Source: Armatimonadota bacterium (GTDB lineage: Bacteria; Armatimonadota; Fimbriimonadia; Fimbriimonadales; GBS-DC). Taken from it: a DNA stretch of 64,000 bases. Within the stretch, counting starts at the first letter, position 1. Each line of letters starts with the position of its first letter. A program made the position numbers and the translations under genes. The notes under the pieces were generated by a model. The model had not been told where the DNA came from. It made no database searches and saw only the letters and a program-made list of their open reading frames with translations. Positions 21,982-32,829 of the stretch are shown here, in pieces. The stretch covers positions 32,001 to 96,000 of the forward strand of contig JBBIML010000007.1 of NCBI GenBank assembly GCA_037444405.1, read 5' to 3'.

Positions 21982-24900
21982 TTATTGCGCAGTGCCCCCA
22001 AACATCAACCGTTTGAACTCTGGCTCTATCGGCTGGGCGGTCTCTACGGCGCAGACGCCGTTCACATAGAGCTGGTCGGGGCGCACGCCCTCGCCCAGAA
22101 GCGCGGGCAGGATGGTTTTCTCAATATAGTCTTTATCCGCCTTCAGAGCGGCTTCGTTCTCCCTCAGTTCCTTCAGCGGGCGCCACACGACCACAATCCG
22201 CCTGCCCCCCTTCTCGCCCAGCACGGCGCGATAGGGACGACCGCCGTTTTCAAACGCCCGCATGCGCCTGACCTCCAGCCCCAGCAGGTAGTTGAAGGTC
22301 TCCACCAGGTCCACGGGGTGTTCCACCAGCGCGTCGCCCTGATAAACTTTCAGTTTGTATTCAAACGGCTCCTCGAACTGCTCTATATCGAGCAGGCTGG
22401 GGCTGCCCTGCGTTTCGAACTCCAGCATATAGCGCAGGAGATACTCATCGCCGAAGGTTTCGAAGGCTTGCTGTCCCTCCTGCTGACGGCGCAGCTCGAG
22501 GTTGTTGAGCGCGTCTTCGTAGGATTCGAGGCGCAGGACTTTGAGGATTCGGGGCGTGCGCTCGATTTCTTCCTGCGTAGGCAGGCGTTTGGGCTTGCCG
22601 TCTTTCCATTCGGGCGCAAACACCACCTTTTTGAGGCGGGCAACCAGCACCGAATCGAAGTAGTCGCCCATCTCCACCAGAATGAACTTGCGCCGCCCGC
22701 CGTCCGCGCGATTGAGATTAATCACCGCGTGCCCCGTCGTGCCAGAGCCTGCGAAGAAGTCGAGGACTGTGGAAAGTGGAGTATTCCATGTTATCAACTC
22801 AACGAGGTGCGAGATAAGTTCAACGGGTTTTGGCGTTCCATAGCTCTTCTCTCCGAACAGCGCCTTGAATGCTTTTGTGCCATCTGCAGAAGTACCCACA
22901 TCACTGAGTAAATTGCCAGGTATCGAGGTCAGTCTCTGCCCCATGCGTATTTTTCGATATACAGTGATTTCACCAGTTTCAGGATCACGAACAAAGTCAA
23001 GATCGCCTTCTTCAAGCATCTTTTTGACCTCTTCTCGCCCGTACCGCCACCTGCCTTCGGAGCCGTCAGGGAGCTTTGGATAAGCATCTCCAAAGGGTGT
23101 CGGAATAGGAAAGTATAAGCTAGGGCGATCTTCGCGGCGTGCCCCTTGTTCTCCCCACTGTCGCAATAACTCTCGCCTGTAAGGGCCTTTCTCATCTTGA
23201 TACGGGCAATTTTCTACGATGCGCTCGGTAGGTTTCAAACCCAGCAAGCTCTCATTTTTGGCTACAAGTTCCACATGCTCGTGGCTAACCTGTATCTTGG
23301 TTCCTGTGCCCCCCTTGCCAGCCCGACTTATCCATACCATCGGTGCAACATAGTTTTGTGCGCCGAAAACATATTCGAGCAGCAGGCGGAGCCGTGGTTG
23401 TTCATTCTCATCTATGTTGATAAAGATTGATCCATCTTCTTCCAAACATTCTCGCGCCAGCGCCAGCCTGTCTGCCATCATGCTGAGCCAGCTGGAGTGC
23501 TGGTAGGCGTCTTTGTATATGAAGTCGTCGCTCCCCGTGTTGTACGGCGGGTCTATATAGATGCACTTGATGCGCTCGCGGTACTTTTCCAGCAGCAGGT
23601 TCAGCGCCTGAAAGTTTTCGCTGTGAATCAGCACGCCGTCAATCGCGTCATCCAGGTCGTCAAACGCTTCCAGCAAGCGCCATTTGAAGTCTTCCGAGAA
23701 GTGGCGGGTGTCCACCACGAGCGTCGGGTGCTGGCGGAGGAAGTCGTGGCTGATTCCCCCGTTGAAGGGGCCCTCATTGCGCAGGAGGTCGTCCAGCGCG
23801 TACAGCTCGCGCCACTCGTTGATTTGCGCCTCGTTTTGCAGAATCTCATCCCAGAAGCATCCAGGAATCTGCCCAATCGTGATGCAGTAGTCTGTGCGCA
23901 GGATGAATTTCTTCTTCTCGAACAGCTTTTTCTGAAACTCTTCAATCTGGGCGAGGAAGTCGATGATATGGTTGCCGATTTCTCGCATCACGCGCCCGCG
24001 CTGGAGGTGTTGCTGGGCGAGCTGGGCGTCGGGGGCGTTCAGCAGTTCGTCTAACCGCAGGCACTCGCTTTTGATGTAGAACTCCAGCTCACGCTGGAGG
24101 AAGCCGCGCAGGTCTTTGTGAATGAAAAAGTCGCTGGTGTTGCGTCGGGTGAAGCGGGTGAGGTGTTTGAGCAATCGTGCTGGTTCGCCGTCGCGTTCCG
24201 CCTGTTGCAGGAGCGCGCGTAGCGTTGGGTCGGGAACCTGCTCTATAATCGTGCGCGCTATCTCCTCGTTGAGTTTCTCCTGCGGCTTTTGTTGTTCGGT
24301 GCTGCCATAGATTTTTTGCTCGTCTTCCGTGAGCGGGCGGTACTCGAAAAAGCAGGTGAGGGTGTTGGTACTGGCATTCCAGACGACGGGCTGTTTGCTT
24401 GCAAGGATGAAGTAGCGTTTCTCGCCGCGGTTGTTGTTCTGCTCGGTGGAGGCGTTGCGCAGTTCGAAGGCAACCGAGTAGCCGTTGCAGAGGAAGCGGT
24501 AGTTTTTGAGGCGTTCGCCCGTTTTGATGTAATACTGGTCTTTCGTTGCCCAGTGGAGCATCACCTCTTCGCCGTTGTAGGGGACGGCGTAGGTTTCGTG
24601 GCGTCCGTAGCGGCGTTTGGAAATAAAGTCGCCGTCTTCGTAGTAGCGTGCGAAGAAGTTGTAGAGGTCGTTGTAGACGCGGATTTTGAGGTCTTCGCTG
24701 ACCTGGTACTGGGCGCGTTGTTCCAGCAGGAGTGTGTATTGCTGACCCAGTTTCGTATTGTGGTAGTTGCGCAGGTTGCCCTGCTCGTCGAGGGCGTGTT
24801 CGCCGAAAACCTTGCGGATTTCCTCTCTGGCGTTCTGGAGTTCCTGTTCCAGTCTATTGCGTTCTGTTTCGGCGTAGGAGGCGAACGCCTCGTCGACAAT

Positions 24901-25044
24901 CTGGGGCAGGCGCTGGGTGATGAACTGTTCGATCTGCTCGCGTTTGTAGTTGAGGATGCGGTAGATGCCGAAGTCCAGCTCGGCGCCATCGAACTGGAAC
25001 AGTCGGCGCAGCAGTTCCTGAAATCTGCTCAGGGCGTTTTCCAT
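21982..25044 (-). CDS. mod: Type III R-M DNA methyltransferase Mod (beta-class motif order)
   Basis: LDFGIYRI N-terminus, YIDPPYNTG, TPKP, DFFAGSGTT; ATG 25044 with GAGGAGG RBS. Confidence 0.92.
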   Translation of the reverse strand: MENALSRFQELLRRLFQFDGAELDFGIYRILNYKREQIEQFITQRLPQIVDEAFASYAETERNRLEQELQNAREEIRKVFGEHALDEQGNLRNYHNTKLGQQYTLLLEQRAQYQVSEDLKIRVYNDLYNFFARYYEDGDFISKRRYGRHETYAVPYNGEEVMLHWATKDQYYIKTGERLKNYRFLCNGYSVAFELRNASTEQNNNRGEKRYFILASKQPVVWNASTNTLTCFFEYRPLTEDEQKIYGSTEQQKPQEKLNEEIARTIIEQVPDPTLRALLQQAERDGEPARLLKHLTRFTRRNTSDFFIHKDLRGFLQRELEFYIKSECLRLDELLNAPDAQLAQQHLQRGRVMREIGNHIIDFLAQIEEFQKKLFEKKKFILRTDYCITIGQIPGCFWDEILQNEAQINEWRELYALDDLLRNEGPFNGGISHDFLRQHPTLVVDTRHFSEDFKWRLLEAFDDLDDAIDGVLIHSENFQALNLLLEKYRERIKCIYIDPPYNTGSDDFIYKDAYQHSSWLSMMADRLALARECLEEDGSIFINIDENEQPRLRLLLEYVFGAQNYVAPMVWISRAGKGGTGTKIQVSHEHVELVAKNESLLGLKPTERIVENCPYQDEKGPYRRELLRQWGEQGARREDRPSLYFPIPTPFGDAYPKLPDGSEGRWRYGREEVKKMLEEGDLDFVRDPETGEITVYRKIRMGQRLTSIPGNLLSDVGTSADGTKAFKALFGEKSYGTPKPVELISHLVELITWNTPLSTVLDFFAGSGTTGHAVINLNRADGGRRKFILVEMGDYFDSVLVARLKKVVFAPEWKDGKPKRLPTQEEIERTPRILKVLRLESYEDALNNLELRRQQEGQQAFETFGDEYLLRYMLEFETQGSPSLLDIEQFEEPFEYKLKVYQGDALVEHPVDLVETFNYLLGLEVRRMRAFENGGRPYRAVLGEKGGRRIVVVWRPLKELRENEAALKADKDYIEKTILPALLGEGVRPDQLYVNGVCAVETAQPIEPEFKRLMFGGTAQ

Positions 25045-25083
25045 CGTTGCCTCCTCTCTTTTGATTTTACCTGCGGCGTGCCA

Positions 25084-25164
25084 CCGAAAAATAAGAAACC
25101 GCCCTGAAGGGTGAGCCTTCAGGGCGGTTGGGTTATCATTCGGGCACCGACCTATCTTCCCGCT
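25084..25164. repeat. 81-bp direct repeat copy (native 5S 3' end plus rrn terminator)
   Basis: Identical to 17343-17423. Confidence 0.95.
25087..25129 (-). terminator. rRNA operon intrinsic terminator
   Basis: 14-bp stem aaccgccctgaagg/ccttcagggcggtt followed by TCTTATTTTT on the minus strand. Confidence 0.85.
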
Positions 25165-25256
25165 CCGTTGCCAGAGCAGTATTTTCGGCGCTGGAGGGCT
25201 TAACGGCCGTGTTCGGGATGGGAACGGGTGTTGCCCCTCCGCTATGGGCACCCGAA
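25139..25256 (-). rRNA. rrf: 5S rRNA
   Basis: CACCCGTTCCCATCCCGAACACGG..GTTAAG; paired termini. Ends approximate. Confidence 0.96.
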
Positions 25257-25440
25257 TGAAAGCGTCGGTGGACAATCGGGCGTTGTGTTCGTCGAGAAGT
25301 GCGTCCAGTGGGCAAGCCCTCGGCCGGTTAGTACGGCTCGGCTCAACGCATTGCTGCGCTTACACGTGCCGCCTATCGACCCGGTCATCTACCGGGGGCC
25401 TTACTCCGTTGACCGGATGGGAGACCTTATCTTGGGGTGG

Positions 25441-25471
<31 letters not shown>

Positions 25472-25604
25472 CCGTCCCGACATGGCTACCCAGCGACTGC
25501 CCCTGGCGGGACAACTGGTACACCAGAGGTCGGTCCAGCCCGGTCCTCTCGTACTAGGGCCAGCTCCCCTCAAGTCTCCTCCGCCTGCGGTGGATAGGGA
25601 CCGA

Positions 25605-26355
25605 CAATCTGTTACTTTCAGCGTCTTTTGGACGCCTACTGACCTTGCCTCTGGCAAGGCGGGTAAGCCTTTCGGCTTACCTCTGCATGTCGCCATGCAG
25701 TTCGGACTGTCTCTTCACCCTGTGGGCTTCAGGGTGTCCGGCGTACAGTCTCTGAGGGTTCCAGATGAGAGTAGATGGTTTTGATATCGATCTTCCGATA
25801 AGCTCCGTTGTCGTTCATGCTCACAGCGATCTGCAGGATTGCTTTGAAGCCTGCAGGCGTGAGATGCTCTCTGTTATGGAGCTTTCGGACAATCGTGGCG
25901 AACTTCTCAAAATCGTGGCGTTTGGTGGTGCGGAGCGGATAGCGCTCAAAGAAGGGGATGACCTTCTCCAAGAGGTCTTTGCGTGATCGCACCACAAACA
26001 CCCAGGTTTTGTCGTTCGGTTTGCGACGGTCGTTCGGCTTCAGGTAGCCGCAACCCAGCGTGTCTCGGATGAGTTCCAGCACGCTCTTGTTTCGTTCGTG
26101 CTGGGAGACATGGAGTTCTGGAATGACCTGCCAGCCCAGTTTCGTACTGGGATTACGCTGGATGGCTACATGAAAGCTGCCTTCGCCGTCCACAAACCCA
26201 GCGATATAGTAGCCCAGACTCTCATCTGGCCTTCCCTGCTGATTGCCTGCACCTGACGCATTGTTACTCATGTGCTGAAGTATAGCACATGAGTAGCGCA
26301 GGATACTAACCAGGCTTCCCAGCATATAGCCGGATTTATAGACAGCACGGTGAGT
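25605..26355 (-). mobile_element. Group I intron at ~L2604 (751 nt)
   Basis: Exons GAGACAGT^TCGGTCCC; IGS GCTGTCT gives U.G at the 5' splice site; P/Q/R/S elements TGCTGGGAA, AATCAGCAGG, TCAGAGACTG, GAGACAGTCC; terminal G. Confidence 0.93.
25729..26271 (-). CDS. Single-motif LAGLIDADG homing endonuclease (L2604 intron)
   Basis: [28 protein letters not shown]. Start uncertain. Confidence 0.9.
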   Translation of the reverse strand: MSNNASGAGNQQGRPDESLGYYIAGFVDGEGSFHVAIQRNPSTKLGWQVIPELHVSQHERNKSVLELIRDTLGCGYLKPNDRRKPNDKTWVFVVRSRKDLLEKVIPFFERYPLRTTKRHDFEKFATIVRKLHNREHLTPAGFKAILQIAVSMNDNGAYRKIDIKTIYSHLEPSETVRRTP

Positions 26356-26402
<47 letters not shown>

Positions 26403-26412
26403 TGAACCCCCC

Positions 26413-26471
<59 letters not shown>

Positions 26472-26685
26472 CCGCCGTCGCTGTGGACGCTCGGGCAGGA
26501 TCAGCCTGTTATCCCTAGGGTAGCTTTTATCCGATGAACCCTGGCGTGCCCACGCACTGCCAGAGGGTCACTAGGCCCGGCTTTCGCCTCTGCTCGACCC
26601 GTAGGTCTCACAGTCAAGCCCGCTTATGCCCTTGCACTCGACGCGCGATTTCCGACCGCGCTGAGCGGACCTTTGGACACCTCCG

Positions 26686-27321
26686 TTACCGTTTAGGCAA
26701 TTGCGTTCGTGCAGTCGCTGGCAATTTGTAACGCATTTCGGGTATCAGGTACGGTTCAACCAGTTCCAGGAACCCTGGGAGGTTCCGTCCTGGAATGACA
26801 ATCTGATACCCTTCGGCTTGCCGTCGCAGGTACGCTTCCAGTCCAAACCGTTCGGAAAGCAGCTGTGCCAGTCGCTCGACCTCCTCGCGCTGGAACCCCT
26901 GGGTGTTGAACAGCACGGCTTTCGCTTTGGGGTCTTTGAGGGAGCCGTCGTCCATGAACCAGTATGCCAGGCTACGGGGTTTCAGCCAGCGATGAAGCAG
27001 AGGTGGCACGCGCTTGCGCCCCTCGCGATAGAACTGGTGGGCGTAGAATCGGAAGGCGCCGTGGCTGACGGTCTGGAACCACCAGTTGCCGTTCGATTTC
27101 TGCTGGGGTGGTGTGAGAACCCATTCCTGGAAGAGCTGATAGAGGTGCTGCACATAGGCAGCGTGCGTGGCGCCCTGTTCGATTTTGAGGCGATAGGTGC
27201 GTCCGCGATTGTGCGTTTCCAGGTGGGCATCGCCCAGCAGGATTCCCACCAGCACCTCACGCTGGATGGGCGTGAGCTTGAGTTGCTGTTTATCGGTTTC
27301 GATGGCGCGTGTGTGTGCCAT
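26686..27321 (-). CDS. Double-motif LAGLIDADG (I-SceI-like, LAGLIDADG_2) homing endonuclease (L2262 intron)
   Basis: LVGILLGDAHL and LAYWFMDDGS; AAGGAGG RBS; stop codon lies in the 3' exon. Confidence 0.9.
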   Translation of the reverse strand: MAHTRAIETDKQQLKLTPIQREVLVGILLGDAHLETHNRGRTYRLKIEQGATHAAYVQHLYQLFQEWVLTPPQQKSNGNWWFQTVSHGAFRFYAHQFYREGRKRVPPLLHRWLKPRSLAYWFMDDGSLKDPKAKAVLFNTQGFQREEVERLAQLLSERFGLEAYLRRQAEGYQIVIPGRNLPGFLELVEPYLIPEMRYKLPATARTQLPKR

Positions 27322-27625
27322 AGCGACCTCCTTCGTCTGCGACGGACTGCACGCCTCCTGTGGGGAGGCTTCCGGTCGCCCGGAAGTTCAGACTGTCTCA
27401 CCATCCACGCAAGGTGGATGCTCGGCGTACAGTCGTTGAGGGGTCACGAGGACTTCCCTGCTGATTGTCCGCACCAGTCGCATTTTCAGTGGCGCAGGCG
27501 CCACTAGCGCTGGATGCTGCACCCCTTCCTCAAAGCACGGAGGTGCGGCTTTGAGTGAGGGGACGGACTTCCCAGCATATAGCCGAGTTTGCCTCCGATG
27601 TTGCCATCGGAGCGCCCCACTGTTG
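26698..27625 (-). mobile_element. Group I intron at ~L2262 (928 nt)
   Basis: Exons GGGGCGGTCGCCT^CCTAAACGGTAACGG; TGCTGGGAA, AATCAGCAGG, TCAACGACTG, GAGACAGTCT; terminal G. Confidence 0.93.
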
Positions 27626-27928
27626 AGGCGACCGCCCCAGTCAAACTACCCACCTAAGACTGTCTCCGAACCGGCTCACGGTTCGGGTTAGCACTTCAGC
27701 AGACCAAGGGTGGTGTTCCATTGACGCCGAAGCTCCCACCTACGCTCTACATGATCTGCCAAAATGCAATCTCAGGCTGTAGTAAAGCTCCATAGGGTCT
27801 TTCCGTCCCACCGCAGGTAACCCGCATCTTCACGGGTAGTACAGTTTCACCGAGAGTCCCGCTGAGACAGTGGCCCAGTCGTTACGCTTTTCGTGCGGGT
27901 CGGAATTTACCCGACAAGGAATTTCGCT

Positions 27929-28685
27929 TATCGCCTTACTCGAGTTTACTCGAGCGAGCCATTACCCCCCTTGTCACAGGGAACGGCTCCTGCATGTCGC
28001 CATGCAGATGGGACCATATCATCACCTCGTCATTGAGGTGTCCGGCGTATGGTCTCTGAGGATTCTAATCACTGCGGAGCGGTCTTTGCGCCGATTCATG
28101 GAAGCGGCTATCTGGGCTATTGTTTCGAGACCTTCTGGTGTCAGATGGTCTCCGCGTGCGACATGCTCCAGACAGCGCGCGAACTTCTCAAAGTCGTCTC
28201 GTTTTGCGGTTTGGAGGGGGTATGTTTGGAAGAACGGGACGATGACTTCGAGAAGGTCCTTGCGACGGCGCACCACATAGCGATACAGGTGTTCCTTGTG
28301 GTTGTCATGGCGTCGGTTTCGGATAATATTTCCGACGCCAAAGAAGTGGCGTAGGCGCTCCAAGGCGTGCAGGCTACGCTCGCCTTGGGTGACAGAGAAC
28401 TCATGAAACACCTGTATGCCGACTTTGTAGCCTTTGCGGAGTCCTCTATGCGGCTGCTGAATGAAGCCGATAGAGAAACAACCTTCGCCGTCTACAAAGC
28501 CGACGACCCATCCGACAGTGATTAGTCTTTCCTGCTGGTTGTCCGCACCAGACGGATTGTTACTCATAGGAAACGGTTTCGTTGAAGACAGGGAGTTTCC
28601 TACGAGTACCGCTGGATACCCCGGAGTTTCCAGCATATAGCCGGATGCGCACCACATGGTTACCCATGTGGGGGGCAGCGAAGCT
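27929..28685 (-). mobile_element. Group I intron at ~L1931 (757 nt), apparently ending in A
   Basis: Exons GGTCCTATGGT^AGCGAAATTCC; P1 GGUAGC-UUC-GCUGCC; TGCTGGAAA, AACCAGCAGG, TCAGAGACCA, GATATGGTCC. Confidence 0.92.
28022..28567 (-). CDS. Single-motif LAGLIDADG homing endonuclease (L1931 intron)
   Basis: WVVGFVDGEGCFS; IVPFFQTYPL..AKRDDF. Start uncertain. Confidence 0.9.
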   Translation of the reverse strand: MSNNPSGADNQQERLITVGWVVGFVDGEGCFSIGFIQQPHRGLRKGYKVGIQVFHEFSVTQGERSLHALERLRHFFGVGNIIRNRRHDNHKEHLYRYVVRRRKDLLEVIVPFFQTYPLQTAKRDDFEKFARCLEHVARGDHLTPEGLETIAQIAASMNRRKDRSAVIRILRDHTPDTSMTR

Positions 28686-29510
28686 ACCATAGGACCGTTA
28701 GAGTTACGGCCGGCATTCACCCGGGCTTCAGTTTGGGGCTTTGCCTTGCGGCTGACCCCTCCCCTTAACCTACGGGCATTGGCCAAGCGTCGCCCCCTAT
28801 ACATCGGGTTTTCCCCTTAGCAGAGAGCTGTGTTTTTGGTAAACAGTCGCCAGGCCCTCTTTGCTGCGACCTCCCTCCGCTTGGGCGTTGCAGCCTACAC
28901 GGTGGGAGGCACCCCTTCTCCCGAGGTTACGGGGTCAATTTGCCGAGTTCCTTAGCGGGACTTCTCTCGCGCGCCTGAGGCTCCTCGCCTCGCCTACCTG
29001 TGTCGGTTTGCGGTACGGTCAGGTGGGTTCATCGCGGAACGGCTTTTCTCGGCTGCAGTCGGGGTCGCTTCGGTTGCCCGAGGGCTTCCTTCGTCGCCGG
29101 TGCGTTGCCTCACCGGCGAGCGCGGCCTTCCAGCTCCGCGCCCGACCCGTTCTACAGCGTCCCCGTTCGCGCTCCGCCACCTGGGGTGGGAATGTTGACC
29201 CACTGCCCTTCACCTACGGCGTTTCGCCCTCGGCTTAGGACCGCCTAACCTTCAGCGGACGAACCTGCCTGAAGAACCCTTAGGCTTTCGGCGGACGGGA
29301 TTCTCACCCGTCTTCTCGCTACTCGTGCCGGCATTCTCACTTCTGCACGCTCCAGTGGTGCTTCCGCTCCACCTTCACGGCGTGCAGAACGCTCCCCTAC
29401 CGCTCACCAGCGCAGGGCTGGTGAACCCGCCGCTTCGGCGACCAGCTTAAGCCCCCTTACATTGTCGGCGCAGGGTCACATTCGGCCAGTCAGCTGTTAC
29501 GCACTGTTTA

Positions 29511-29547
<37 letters not shown>

Positions 29548-30475
29548 ACGCGACCCTACATCCTTTCACACTGAGCTGGTGCTTAGGGGCCTTAGCGGGC
29601 GGTCTGGGCTGTTTCCCTTTTGACAACGGCGCTCATCCGTCGCTGTCTCACTCCCACGCTTCCTGCTATGCCATTCGGAGTTTGGTTGGGTTCGGTAACC
29701 TGGTAGGGCCCCTAGCCCATCCAGTGGCTCTACCTGCATAGCATAGCGCGTGGGGCTGCACCTCAATGCATTTCGGGGAGAACCAGCTATCTCCGCGCTC
29801 GATTGGCATTTCACCACACTACCCCCAGTTCCTCCGAGCCCTTTTCAACGGACACCGGTTCGGCCCTCCACCGTGTGTTACCACGGCTTCAGCCTGACCA
29901 GGGGTAGATCGCGCGGTTTCGGGTCTACGCCTTGTGACTGAGTCGCCCTGTGAGGACTCGCTTTCGCTACGGCTCCGTGCCGGAGGCACTTAACCTTGCC
30001 GCTGAGCGTAACTCGCCGGCTCATTCTGCAAAAGGCACGCCGTCAGGCTGTTCCCCTTGCGGGGCATAGCCCTCCGACTGCTTGTAGGCGCACGGTTTCA
30101 GGTTCTCTTTCACTCCCCTCGCCGGGGTGCTTTTCACCTTTCCCTCACGGTACTGGTTGCGCTATCGGTGGCAAGGAGTATTTAGCCTTACCCGGTGGTC
30201 CGGGCCGATTCGCGCAGGGTTCCTCGTGTCCCGCGCTACTCGGGAGCCTGACGGGAGACGATTCCTTTTCGCATACGGGGCTCTCACCCTCTATGGCGTG
30301 CCGTTCCAGGCAGCTTCTGCTAAGGAACCGTTTTGTCACTCCCTGAGCGGTCTGCCGCCCGCTCGGTCAGGTCCCACGACCCTGGCATCGCAACGCCGGC
30401 AGGCTTGGCACGATGCCAGTTTAGGCTGTTCCCCGTTCGCTCGCCACTACTGAGGGAATCCCATTCGGTTTCTTT

Positions 30476-30510
<35 letters not shown>

Positions 30511-30798
30511 ACCCTCCGCACCGCCTATGGGTTCAGCGGAGGGTGACCACCCTTGCGGTGGCCGGGTTTCCCCATTCGGGCATCCACGGATCAACGCCTG
30601 TTTGCGGCTCCCCGTGGCTTATCGCAGCTGACCACGCCCTTCATCGGCTCCTTGCCCCGAGGCATCCACCGTGCGCCCTTAGTAGCTTGCCCACTCAGAC
30701 GCACTTCTCGGTGAACACTTCGCCCGATTGTCAAGGTGCACATTTGGTTGAGAGGGGTCCGTTGCCCCTGGGTAAACCCTCGCAGGTAGGCTACAGGT

Positions 30799-30873
30799 TG
30801 GTGGAGGCGACCGGATTTGAACCGGTGACCCCCTGCGTGCAAAGCAGGTGCTCTCCCGCTGAGCTACGCCCCC
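30799..30873 (-). tRNA. tRNA-Ala(TGC)
   Basis: GGGGGCGTAGCTCAG...TTTGCAC...GGTTCAAATCC...CCACCA. Confidence 0.97.
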
Positions 30874-30877
30874 ACGC

Positions 30878-30954
<77 letters not shown>

Positions 30955-31020
30955 TGCTTTGCTGATTCACCCTCAAAGCCGGGCAGGCTTGCGCTCTGGA
31001 GCCGCCGAGTTGGCTCCGTT

Positions 31021-32552
<1,532 letters not shown>

Positions 32553-32667
32553 GAAAACGGTCGCGTTTTCTGATCCTGGACGGCTCGCAAAGCGCCTTAC
32601 CTGCCCGGTTTTCAAGGTGCACATCCACAACTGCCGACCCTCTCCGCTGGAGCAATCGGCAGGGGAC

Positions 32668-32815
32668 ATTATACCATGCCCCGAACGCTTTTGTCAAGGG
32701 GTTCGGGGCTTTTTACGCCCGTTTGCCCCATCTTTCGACGGGATTCCCGCCCGCTGGATTGTCCCTTCCCAGCAGGCGGGCTTTAATATACCATGCAACC
32801 TCCCCCCTTTGTCAA
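32668..32815 (-). promoter_or_regulatory. Tandem rRNA promoters P1 and P2
   Basis: TTGACA-18-TATAAT (32697-32668) and a TTGACA/TATATT pair (32815-32785); both CCCCTTGACAAA...GCATGGTATA. Confidence 0.9.
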
Positions 32816-32829
32816 GGGGTCAGGGGGGA

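Larger units (their letters stand above)
17343..25164. mobile_element. Defence island inserted at the 3' end of 5S rRNA (no integrase)
   Basis: Flanking 81-bp direct repeats; cargo is type III R-M plus an AT-richer FHA gene. Confidence 0.75.

Noticed and set aside
25045..25275. 77-aa N-terminal extension of Mod in the ORF track
   Set aside because: Overlaps 5S rRNA and the terminator; the real start is ATG 25044 with SD and promoter
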